From positions 47,770 through 71,769 of the forward strand of contig NZ_NFMA01000003.1 in assembly GCF_002161175.1 (NCBI RefSeq): DNA of 24,000 nucleotides, in the 5' to 3' direction. This document shows positions 7,618-14,598 of this stretch, in pieces. The notes under the pieces are model-generated. The model worked only from the letters and a program-made list of their open reading frames with translations. It made no database searches and had not been told where the DNA came from. Source of the stretch: Flavonifractor sp. An100 (GTDB lineage Bacteria > Bacillota > Clostridia > Oscillospirales > Oscillospiraceae). Position 1 is the stretch's first letter; the number at the start of each line of letters is the position of its first letter. Both the position numbers and the translations under genes were made by a program.

Positions 7618-8140
7618 CTTTTTGTACCTCCTGAGTTGTTGCTTTAGACACATTTAGATAGTCCGGGTGCTTATGGAGCAATTCAAATACCCACGGTTGA
7701 ATAAATCCTGGGGATAGCCCTCGTGGCGCAATGCTTGTTCCAGACGGCTGAGAAATAATTCCAAAAGTTTTGAGTTTTTGTGCCACCGGGTCCATCATTG
7801 AAAAGAGAATCGCTGTTTGTCCCTTGTCATAAAACTGTTTTAAATAGACTTTTTCTACATCTGAAAGATTCTTCAGAATGTATTTATATGTTCTCCATGT
7901 GTTGATTTTATTCCATTTCCGTTTGGTAAAACCAATAATGTATTTCATAATATAAGAAATGAGTAGCGAAGCAGATATTGCAAAAATAATAAAAAACCAT
8001 ATCCCATATTTTTCTCTAAATGCGATAATATCAAATGGCAGAAAGGTTGCAGGAAAGAAAAGCAAGAATATACTGGCAAAACAGATTGCAAAGGAGGCTC
8101 TAGCAGATGTATCTAAAACTTTTCCTATATCAAAATTCAT
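7610..8140 (-). CDS. SieB-like (superinfection exclusion protein B family) 2-TM membrane protein
   Basis: 176 aa. Two N-terminal TM helices are SFAICFASIFLLFFPATFL and GIWFFIIFAISASLLISYIMKYIIGF. These are followed by LKNLSDVEKVYLKQFYDKGQTAILFSMMDPVAQKLKTFGIISQ...FIQPWVFELLHKHPDYL. From memory, this pattern matches SieB-family proteins (LSxxEKxxLxxF...T..L...D..V..L...GII...qPW...L..nP). It is very AT-rich (line 7981-8040 is 15/60 GC). Confidence 0.5.
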   Translation of the reverse strand: MNFDIGKVLDTSARASFAICFASIFLLFFPATFLPFDIIAFREKYGIWFFIIFAISASLLISYIMKYIIGFTKRKWNKINTWRTYKYILKNLSDVEKVYLKQFYDKGQTAILFSMMDPVAQKLKTFGIISQPSGTSIAPRGLSPGFIQPWVFELLHKHPDYLNVSKATTQEVQKDA

Positions 8141-8143
8141 TTA

Positions 8144-10795
8144 TCACACCTCAACTTTAACCATAAATTCCCTCTGCACCTTTGCCGTCAGCTTTTCCTT
8201 GTCGGCAAAGGACTTTATTTTTTCTTCCAGCTCTACATCCAGGCGCATAGCGTCAAAGAACTGGCTCTCCTGCCGCTTCATGTATTCCTGCCGAAGCTGG
8301 GTTACTCTTTTCTGCGCAGACAGCCGTTTCAGCCGGTCGCCGGTGACGGCCTCCAGCTCCGCTTGGGCCTGCTGAACCTGGCTGTCTAGGGTGTTCAGCT
8401 CACGGCTCAATGCCGCCTTATCAGCGGACACCTGCTGCTTCATCCGTTCCATTGCCTCGGCCTGGGCGGGAGACAAACGCTCCAACTGCGCCTCCAGCAG
8501 CGCCTCCTTTGGCACCAAATTATCCAGCGGGTGGGGACGGCTGCTCCCTTTTAACCAGTGGGGAGATCTCCGCTCATCCTCGGTGTAATTCTCCACCGGC
8601 AGCTCCAGGATGCTGCGGCAAGCTGCATCGTCCAGGGCTTTGCCGCTCTCCGTTAGGCCACATAGTACGGCGTGTTCCGTGCGGCTGGAGCCTGATACCA
8701 GAGTCACGGTATAGAGGGCAATCTGGCACGGTTCCGGCGCTGTTGGAACAGTCAGCACTCCCTCATTGGCGCTCTCCAGCTCGTGGAGAATCCCACGGCC
8801 TATGATGCTGGACAGGGTAATCTGTCCGGCCTTGGGTTTGAAGTCCTTTGCCATGCCGTACATCTTCTGGCTGCGATAGGGCCGGTTTCTGCTCCCCGTC
8901 CAGTAGTAGAACAGCACCGGCAGCTCCCGGTACTTCGTGGCCGTAATGGTACGGCTGGCTTCGTCGATCACAAAATGGCAATCGTCGTTCTTTTCATTGT
9001 AACGGTTGAAGAACCATTTGGCAATCTCCCAAAGGTCGTTGTTCAGCTCCTGCCCACGGCGATTCACATACTTGGGGTTGATCTTCACTTTGTCGGCCAA
9101 CTCCTTGGTGAAGGTGGTAAACAGAATATCTTCCGCTGCGGAAACGGTCTGCCGGTTATCTTGCTCGTGGGTGTCCAGGGTCTGGCGGTATGCCTGCTCA
9201 ATCTGCGCCCTGGGCCGCAACCGCTGGGCAATGACCGGAAAGGCCGCTTTTACATCATCCGTAAAACCGCCCAGCACGTCATCGGTAATGCCAAAGACAC
9301 CGTCTGTCACCAGCATCCGCTTGTTGACCAGCTCCAGCTTGCGAACATCGGCAAAGTTGTTCTTGTCGATGAAGGCCACAGACAGCACATCGTTCTCCTG
9401 ACCCAGCCGGTGGCAGCGGTCGATACGCTGCTCCAGCTTTAAGGTGTTGTACGGCAAGTCGTAGTGGATGATGAAAGCAGCCTCCTCCAGATTGAAGCCC
9501 TTGGCACCGTTATCGGTGGAGATCAGCACCTCGCCGTCCTCTTTGAACCGGCGGATCACGGAGTAATCGGCGCTACCATTATAGGCCAAGGTGTAGTACT
9601 GCCCGGAAAGAAGATCCTGGAGCATCTTCTGGGTTTCCACGCTCTCGGTGAAGATAACGACTTTCCGTCCGGCTCCCGTTTTCTTCATCAGAGAAAAGCC
9701 CTGTTTGAGAACGGTCAGCAGCTCACCGGCCTTTGCATCCTGTGGGATGCTTTCTGCCACGGTCTGAATCTCTTGCCATTGGGTCAGCTCCTCCGCTGCG
9801 TTTTCCAACCCCTGGAGCCGCTTGACGATACCTTTGATGGTTTGCAAAATTGCCGCCGTAGAGGAACCCAGCAGGCCCAGCAGCCGTAGAGCCAGGTCAT
9901 ATTGGTTCATTTCGGGAAAGGCTCTCTTTTCCGGCTGGTTGATGTAGGCGTACAGCAGCTCATAGAGCTGCCGCTCTGCCTTGCCGGGGGTGTACTCCAC
10001 GGTCAACAGCACACGCTCCGTCACCTTGGCGTAGTGCTTGGCCTGGGAACGGAGGGTACGGAAACAATAGCGGCTGACCTGTTCGCTGAGTTCCGGGTAG
10101 TTCTCCGGTCGGCGCAGATACCGGGCCAGAAACTCTTTTTCTCCCGGCAGCAGCGTTTCGTCGATGAACCAGATCACGCCGTACAAGTCCATAATGTTCT
10201 TTTCGATGGGGGTGCCGGTCAGCAGCAGCTTGAAGGAGTCTCCGGCGATCCGCTTAAGGGCCTTGGCCTGTTTGTTGTCCTCTTGGTAGACCGGGGACAG
10301 GGCGTTGGCTTCTTCAAATACCGTCAAGTCCCAGTTGACCACCTTTGCGGCCTCCTCGTTGTCGGCGGCAAAGTCATAGGTCGTAATGACAATGGCATCC
10401 TGAATAAAGGCGTTGGGATGGTCGGGGGCACTGTAGGCCTGCCATTCTTTGCGGCTGGTCAGAACCACATAGGGAACGGTATAGAACCGATCCAGCATTT
10501 CCGTCCATTGGTACAGCAGGTCTGCATTGGGAATGACCAGCAGAATCCGGCTGCATCCCTCCAGCCACTTTTGATTGATGACCAGCATGGCCTCGTGGCT
10601 CTTGCCCATACCGGCTTCATCGCACAGGACAGCACCTTTCTGATAGGGGGAACGCAGGGCAAAGCTGGCCGCTGCGATCTGAAACGGATAGATTTCAATA
10701 TCCGATGAAGCAAAGACCGGGAGGAACTGTTCTTCCTCGGGTAGCTGCTCCAACAACCGAGCCTTGTAATAGGCATGAAATGGTGTTTGCAGCAT
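8144..10795 (-). CDS. SNF2-family (SF2) ATPase/helicase with a long C-terminal extension ending in a coiled coil
   Basis: 883 aa. Motif I is LCDEAGMGKSHEA. Motif II is the variant DLTVFEEANAL. Motif III is LLLTGTPIEKN and motif VI is QRIDRCHRLGQ. The last 110 aa or so are heptad-like and Q/E/K/R/L-rich. An AAGGAGGG SD lies upstream of the ATG at 10795. Confidence 0.85.
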   Translation of the reverse strand: MLQTPFHAYYKARLLEQLPEEEQFLPVFASSDIEIYPFQIAAASFALRSPYQKGAVLCDEAGMGKSHEAMLVINQKWLEGCSRILLVIPNADLLYQWTEMLDRFYTVPYVVLTSRKEWQAYSAPDHPNAFIQDAIVITTYDFAADNEEAAKVVNWDLTVFEEANALSPVYQEDNKQAKALKRIAGDSFKLLLTGTPIEKNIMDLYGVIWFIDETLLPGEKEFLARYLRRPENYPELSEQVSRYCFRTLRSQAKHYAKVTERVLLTVEYTPGKAERQLYELLYAYINQPEKRAFPEMNQYDLALRLLGLLGSSTAAILQTIKGIVKRLQGLENAAEELTQWQEIQTVAESIPQDAKAGELLTVLKQGFSLMKKTGAGRKVVIFTESVETQKMLQDLLSGQYYTLAYNGSADYSVIRRFKEDGEVLISTDNGAKGFNLEEAAFIIHYDLPYNTLKLEQRIDRCHRLGQENDVLSVAFIDKNNFADVRKLELVNKRMLVTDGVFGITDDVLGGFTDDVKAAFPVIAQRLRPRAQIEQAYRQTLDTHEQDNRQTVSAAEDILFTTFTKELADKVKINPKYVNRRGQELNNDLWEIAKWFFNRYNEKNDDCHFVIDEASRTITATKYRELPVLFYYWTGSRNRPYRSQKMYGMAKDFKPKAGQITLSSIIGRGILHELESANEGVLTVPTAPEPCQIALYTVTLVSGSSRTEHAVLCGLTESGKALDDAACRSILELPVENYTEDERRSPHWLKGSSRPHPLDNLVPKEALLEAQLERLSPAQAEAMERMKQQVSADKAALSRELNTLDSQVQQAQAELEAVTGDRLKRLSAQKRVTQLRQEYMKRQESQFFDAMRLDVELEEKIKSFADKEKLTAKVQREFMVKVEV

Positions 10796-10834
10796 GGTGG
10801 TTGCCCTCCTTTGCTCTCACACTCCTTTTTGTTT

Positions 10835-10863
10835 ATTATGTCAGATTTTAGGGGAAAAGGCAA
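10835..10863 (-). promoter_or_regulatory. Candidate promoter TTGCCT-17 nt-CATAAT for the SNF2-mod-res operon
   Basis: On the minus strand the -35 is at 10863..10858 and the -10 at 10840..10835, with a 17-nt spacer. It lies between the strong terminator at 10873-10915 and the SNF2 start. Confidence 0.4.
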
Positions 10864-10872
10864 TGTATGAAA

Positions 10873-10915
10873 CAGATAAACGGGAGCTGCTTATTGGGCA
10901 GCTCCCGTTTATCTG
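10873..10915 (-). terminator. Perfect 18-bp stem hairpin (CAGATAAACGGGAGCTGC ttattgg GCAGCTCCCGTTTATCTG) downstream of the TPR-nuclease gene
   Basis: The arms are exact reverse complements. On the minus strand the hairpin is followed by TTTCATACATTG (a moderate U-tract). Confidence 0.65.
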
Positions 10916-10964
10916 GGCGGAGATATTCAGTAAAGAACTATACGAAAATAGGGGCTTTTGAGTT

Positions 10965-12506
10965 TCAAATTTCAGTATAAGAAATGCTATACTCAAAAAG
11001 ACGCATTTGGGAATCCTGTTTGACTTTTCTTTTAAGTTCAGCAGTAGGGCTATTCAAACATATAAGGCCGTAAACGTGTTGTCCGGACTTCGCAATATCT
11101 GCTTCTACCCATTCAATATATGTTTTAGTTTGTGTGTACGCATCATCGTAACCGGAGTCTTTTTTTAGCTCAATCACATAAAGGTCGTTGTTATTATCTG
11201 TTGCCAAAATATCAAGTCTACCAGTACGAAGAATAAATTGTCTGCCGTACACGCCCCTTTTTTGATAGACCTTTAGTGAAAGACCAAAAACCGGAATGCC
11301 CTGTTCCATTCTCTGAATTAGTTCATCTTCAAGAAGTTTTTCACTGGTAAATTGATGCTTTTTTATTCCTATGTTAATCGTGGAAGTGTCTGCTGCACTA
11401 TCTTGTGAATCTGTATCCACATCACATTTTTTGGTTGCCAGGGGACGTCCAATTCTAGCAACGAGTTGTTTTGACACCTTATATCCACTTTTCTCAACAA
11501 ATTCTTTTGCCTTATCTTGCTGACCTAATGCCAAATAAGTACGAACGAGATTGTTTGCCGCAAAGCGTGTATCTCTTTTCTCCGATAAACATTTGCGAAA
11601 TACATCTTCAGCATCATGGTATTTCTTCTGCTTAAACAAACAATATCCCAGGTTATTCAAGGCGTTTTCTGCCTCTGGAAAAACTTCTAATGTTTTTCTG
11701 TAATATGCTTCTTCTAACTGATAGTTGCGCTTTTTTCCATAGCACCAAGCCATCCAAAAGTAAATATTGTCCGTATAGAATATGCCTACACGATCTTTTA
11801 CATCCTCATATTGTTCTAAATACGATAGAGCGTTGTTCCACATCTGCATATTATAATAGGTGTATCCCAATAGTTCTTTCGCCAAATATATATCTCTGTT
11901 GGTTTGCAACACTCGCAACAGTGCATCTGCAATATCTTCATTTTTTGTCCCGTAATAAACGCTTTCCAATGCCTCACACATTTCTGGAATACCTATACAT
12001 ACGCCGGGTCTATCGAGCAGTTCTCGCAAATAACTCCACATTCCAGGAATGCCTTCTTTTAGCGGTAAGACCAGACAATAAATAAAGTCTGAGCATGACA
12101 TTTCTTCATCTTCAGCCAAATAACGCTTTATCTTTGCAGGAACATACTGTGCGAGCCTTTCGTTAATTGCTCCAGATTTTCCGGTAAGTAAGTCAATTAC
12201 TGCAAAATATATTTGCTTGATGGGGTCACCGTCCGATAATCTTATAACAGAATTTCGGTATTCAATAAAGCAGGGATCTTTCATAACATCGCATTTCATT
12301 AGCTCTGAATATCTGAGATACCCCATTGTCAAGCTATCTAAAAGCAAGTCGCAGTATTTACTCTGCAATTCGTCATGAAATACAGGGGAGGCAGATATTA
12401 TAACATTTCGGCATTCTTGAAAATTAGGTTCCTTGGAAAAATCAAGTTGGTCATATGCTTGACAAAGCTTGTTTTGATAATGAATAAGTTCCTTTGATTC
12501 TGCCAT
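10965..12506 (-). CDS. TPR-repeat protein with a C-terminal PD-(D/E)xK nuclease domain (NucS/DUF91-like)
   Basis: 513 aa. TPR-like repeats span roughly aa 200-345 (e.g. AYYRKTLEVFPEAENALNNLGYCLFKQKKYHDAEDVFRKCL). The C-terminus GRLDILATDNNNDLYVIELKKD carries a D...ExK core (nt about 11163-11213), then YIEWV...VYGLICL. AGGAGG lies 8-9 nt upstream of the ATG at 12506. Confidence 0.7.
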   Translation of the reverse strand: MAESKELIHYQNKLCQAYDQLDFSKEPNFQECRNVIISASPVFHDELQSKYCDLLLDSLTMGYLRYSELMKCDVMKDPCFIEYRNSVIRLSDGDPIKQIYFAVIDLLTGKSGAINERLAQYVPAKIKRYLAEDEEMSCSDFIYCLVLPLKEGIPGMWSYLRELLDRPGVCIGIPEMCEALESVYYGTKNEDIADALLRVLQTNRDIYLAKELLGYTYYNMQMWNNALSYLEQYEDVKDRVGIFYTDNIYFWMAWCYGKKRNYQLEEAYYRKTLEVFPEAENALNNLGYCLFKQKKYHDAEDVFRKCLSEKRDTRFAANNLVRTYLALGQQDKAKEFVEKSGYKVSKQLVARIGRPLATKKCDVDTDSQDSAADTSTINIGIKKHQFTSEKLLEDELIQRMEQGIPVFGLSLKVYQKRGVYGRQFILRTGRLDILATDNNNDLYVIELKKDSGYDDAYTQTKTYIEWVEADIAKSGQHVYGLICLNSPTAELKRKVKQDSQMRLFEYSISYTEI

Positions 12507-12581
12507 GCTGAGTTCCTCCTGACGGTCTATTAGCCAGCTCTTATATATTTTCTAAGTTAAAATCTGTTTGTGTGATTTTTT

Positions 12582-12590
12582 ATTATATCA
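12582..12590 (-). promoter_or_regulatory. Extended -10 element TGATATAAT upstream of the TPR-nuclease gene
   Basis: The minus-strand sequence ttttaTGaTATAATaaaaa was read directly. No good -35 is present, as is common for extended -10 promoters. Confidence 0.35.
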
Positions 12591-12693
12591 TAAAAGCAAT
12601 AGAGCGGTTAGACGTGAATTCAAGACTGTATTGAGTATGATGACAGGCCTAACGGAAATCGCTCTCCGTTGGGCCTGCCTAGTGGTCACGCAT

Positions 12694-13410
12694 TTAATCT
12701 TTTAATGAAACATATCCAAAATGATATTGAGAATCTGAGATCGTCTGTTTTAAGCTGCGCCCTGTGCTTGTTATTTTGAGCATTTCAGCAGTGATTTGGG
12801 TTTCATGACAAATATGTGAGAGTTTTAGCCAAATTCTTGCAAGTTCACCATGAAATTCAGCAGGGTAATTGGTGTTATCTGGGCAAGACACAGGAGTTTT
12901 TGCGGAAAAAATTTCTTCAACATTTGCTGAAAATGCGATGTCGTTATCATAGTGTTCATTGTTGATAGCAAAGAGAATCTTGACGCTTTTCCCGGATTTA
13001 ATCCTATCGTTATACCACTTCACTCTAGTGTCACTCATTCCGAAGAACAGTGATTGCGTGGAGAACCAAGTATATCCACGCTTAGCTTCATCTGAAATAT
13101 ATAACGCCATCGTTTCTTCACCATCTAAAGTAACTCCACTAGACGTAGAAAGCCCTAATTTCATAAAAATATAATCTGAACCATCCATCTGGATACTGTC
13201 TCGATCAGCAATCATAGCTTTCACTTCCTCCACATGAAGATATTTTTTCTTTAATCTCAGGTATAGCTCCTCGTCTTTAGCGAGCATATACATTTCTAAA
13301 ACATCATTGAGTGCGGCGGTTTTTGTCATTCCTTTTTCCGACACAAAGTCATTAAACATCTCTTGAACGGTGTCGGCCACTGTGATAGTCATGTAATTTT
13401 GCCTGCCCAT
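12694..13410 (-). CDS. Ribbon-helix-helix-like N-terminal domain fused to an uncharacterised C-terminal domain of about 170 aa (possibly a PUA-like/EVE-type fold)
   Basis: I trimmed the track ORF to the ATG at 13410, which is preceded by GGAGGGG (13416-13422). The N-terminus MTITVADTVQEMFNDFVSEKGMTKTAALNDVLEMYML has a strand-helix-helix pattern. The C-terminal domain assignment rests only on the pattern RIKSGKSVKILFAI...IAFSANVEEIF...ARIWLKL...ITAEMLK, which is weak. Confidence 0.5.
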   Translation of the reverse strand: MGRQNYMTITVADTVQEMFNDFVSEKGMTKTAALNDVLEMYMLAKDEELYLRLKKKYLHVEEVKAMIADRDSIQMDGSDYIFMKLGLSTSSGVTLDGEETMALYISDEAKRGYTWFSTQSLFFGMSDTRVKWYNDRIKSGKSVKILFAINNEHYDNDIAFSANVEEIFSAKTPVSCPDNTNYPAEFHGELARIWLKLSHICHETQITAEMLKITSTGRSLKQTISDSQYHFGYVSLKD

Positions 13411-13425
13411 TAAATCCCCTCCATT

Positions 13426-13468
13426 GTGTACCATATAGCCGGTAGAGTTTCTTCTAAAGTGTACCATA
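13426..13468 (-). promoter_or_regulatory. Two direct 10-nt repeats GTGTACCATA (13426-13435, 13459-13468), 33 nt apart: a putative operator pair
   Basis: The repeats were read directly. One overlaps the -10 of the TTGACA-17-TACACT promoter. The other lies in the leader next to the SD of the RHH-fusion gene. Confidence 0.4.
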
Positions 13469-13486
13469 CTCCCGACAGAGTGTCAA
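13458..13486 (-). promoter_or_regulatory. Promoter TTGACA-17 nt-TACACT for the RHH-fusion gene
   Basis: A perfect -35 TTGACA sits at 13486..13481 on the minus strand, with a 17-nt spacer and the -10 TACACT at 13463..13458. Confidence 0.5.
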
Positions 13487-13514
13487 GCAGCATAAAGTAG
13501 TTAATAGATCATTA

Positions 13515-13543
13515 TTGAAAGTGACTGATACGTATGGTATTCT
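13515..13543 (+). promoter_or_regulatory. Candidate promoter TTGAAA-17 nt-TATTCT for the coiled-coil gene
   Basis: The hexamers and spacing were read directly. It is divergent from the RHH-fusion gene promoter. Confidence 0.35.
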
Positions 13544-13565
13544 TATATCGAGGTAGGTGATTATA

Positions 13566-13901
13566 ATGCCTGATACCGAAAACAAAAGAGTTCGGCGTAC
13601 CACAGAAGAACGAATTGCCGAGATTGATAACAAAATTGAGGAACTCGGCAATCAGATCCAGGCGCTTGAGGCTAAGAAGCAAGAATCTATTGCAGTATTT
13701 GATGACCGAATTGCAAAAGTCCAGGCCCGGATTGAAGGCTTGAACAAGCAAAAGGCAGATATTCTCTCCCCCAAGCCGCCTCGGAAGCCGAGAAAAACCA
13801 AAAAACAGAAGATCCAGGATTTGATGAAGCAGGCGCAAAAGGCTGGTTTGAAACCGGAAGAAATTGCTGAGCGTCTTGGCCTCAAGATTCAGGAAGAATA
13901 A
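13566..13901 (+). CDS. Small basic coiled-coil protein (111 aa), function unknown
   Basis: The ATG at 13566 is preceded by AGGTAGGTGA. There is a heptad-like stretch EERIAEIDNKIEELGNQIQALEAKKQESIAVFDDRIAKVQARIEGLNKQK, then a basic tract PKPPRKPRKTKKQK. It is followed by a terminator. Confidence 0.55.
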   Translation: MPDTENKRVRRTTEERIAEIDNKIEELGNQIQALEAKKQESIAVFDDRIAKVQARIEGLNKQKADILSPKPPRKPRKTKKQKIQDLMKQAQKAGLKPEEIAERLGLKIQEE

Positions 13902-13912
13902 CGATAGTTGGA

Positions 13913-13946
13913 GAGCCTGTTGCTATTTGAAATCGGCAACAGGCTC
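13913..13946 (+). terminator. Hairpin GAGCCTGTTGC...GCAACAGGCTC downstream of the coiled-coil gene
   Basis: An 11-bp perfect stem with a 12-nt loop, followed by CTTCATTTC. Confidence 0.55.
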
Positions 13947-13996
13947 CTTCATTTCAAATAGAATTGTTTAGAAGTTAAGATAGAATTATGATTAAG

Positions 13997-14033
13997 AAAA
14001 ACTGTGGCCAACCGAAATGTTGTCCACAGTTTT
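13997..14033 (-). terminator. Rho-independent terminator downstream of the DUF1273 gene (usable in both directions)
   Basis: AAAAACTGTGGCCAAC pairs with GTTGTCCACAGTTTT (one mismatch). It is followed by TTTTTCTTAAT on the minus strand and TTTTAATTT on the plus strand. Confidence 0.65.
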
Positions 14034-14041
14034 AATTTAGC

Positions 14042-14503
14042 TCATATCTTTATAAGATGAACTTCTTTGCCAAGCGTATGTGCACAGCGCATGGTAAATA
14101 GAGTCCCGCCGTGATCACGCCCATCATAGACAGCAATTACCCGCTGTGACTGGTGTACCATATAGCGATTTCGTTGCATGAAACAGGATGGAACATACTT
14201 TTCGCATTCTACCTTGACGCCATTGCAGGCCTGCAGCAGCTCGTGGAACTGCTGATTTTGGGTTTTCAACCTCCCGGCATGAGGAATAGCCGCTTCCAAA
14301 AACAACTCCGGATGCTGTGCTTTTTCTTCAGCCACGATAGAGGCAAACATTAGGTCAATTCCTTCAGCAAAGCCGGATATAAACCGAGTATAGCCATCCT
14401 CAATCGCTGATAAAATTTCACACCTAAGTTCTTTCTCCACATAAGTAATGCGATCTGCGGAAATTTCTCTGTGTCCAGTCACACAACAAGTTTTTTCATT
14501 CAC
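14042..14503 (-). CDS. SLOG-superfamily DUF1273 (YpsA/YoqJ-like) protein
   Basis: 153 aa with a GTG start at 14503 and GGGAGG 7 nt upstream. It carries the signature CVTGHRE near the N-terminus and FISGFAEGIDLMFASIV, as in DUF1273 proteins of Firmicutes phages and mobile elements. Confidence 0.65.
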   Translation of the reverse strand: MNEKTCCVTGHREISADRITYVEKELRCEILSAIEDGYTRFISGFAEGIDLMFASIVAEEKAQHPELFLEAAIPHAGRLKTQNQQFHELLQACNGVKVECEKYVPSCFMQRNRYMVHQSQRVIAVYDGRDHGGTLFTMRCAHTLGKEVHLIKI

Positions 14504-14538
14504 CAGAAAGCCTCCCTTTCATATGAATAACCGATTTT

Positions 14539-14577
14539 GGTTAATATGATTATATACCATGTTCGGTTAATATTCAA
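14539..14577 (-). promoter_or_regulatory. Promoter TTGAAT-17 nt-TATAAT for the DUF1273 gene, bracketed by two GGTTAATAT direct repeats (14539-14547, 14565-14573)
   Basis: On the minus strand the -35 is at 14577..14572 and the -10 at 14554..14549. One repeat overlaps the -35/spacer and the other lies just downstream of the -10. This is the classic geometry of a repressor operator, and the divergent XRE gene is adjacent. Confidence 0.45.
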
Positions 14578-14598
14578 ATAAAAGGGGGCTTGTGCATC

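Noticed and set aside
5743-7657. Plus-strand ORFs 5743..6441, 6071..6547, 6973..7647 and 7355..7657 opposite mod
   Set aside because: They are antisense to a mod gene with DPPY and FxGxG motifs. They show no motifs or SDs and are shadow frames.
8783-10708. Plus-strand ORFs 8783..9442, 9464..9889 and 9902..10708, and minus-strand 10459..10863, overlapping the SNF2 gene
   Set aside because: They are antisense to or out of frame with a gene carrying SNF2 motifs I, III and VI. 10459..10863 is an alternative frame running through the SNF2 start and promoter region.
2070-10795. Classifying the SNF2-mod-res cluster as DISARM or BREX
   Set aside because: The hallmark partners are absent: no DrmA/DrmB (DUF1998) or PLD DrmC, and no PglZ, BrxC or BrxL. 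The nuclease/helicase subunit is a bona fide type III Res. The cluster is therefore better described as a type III R-M core with extra components.
13426-14166. An identical 14-nt string GTGTACCATATAGC at 13426-13439 and 14153-14166
   Set aside because: About one exact 14-mer repeat is expected by chance in a 24-kb window. The second copy lies inside the DUF1273 coding sequence. Only the two closely spaced 10-nt copies in the promoter region were kept as a candidate operator.
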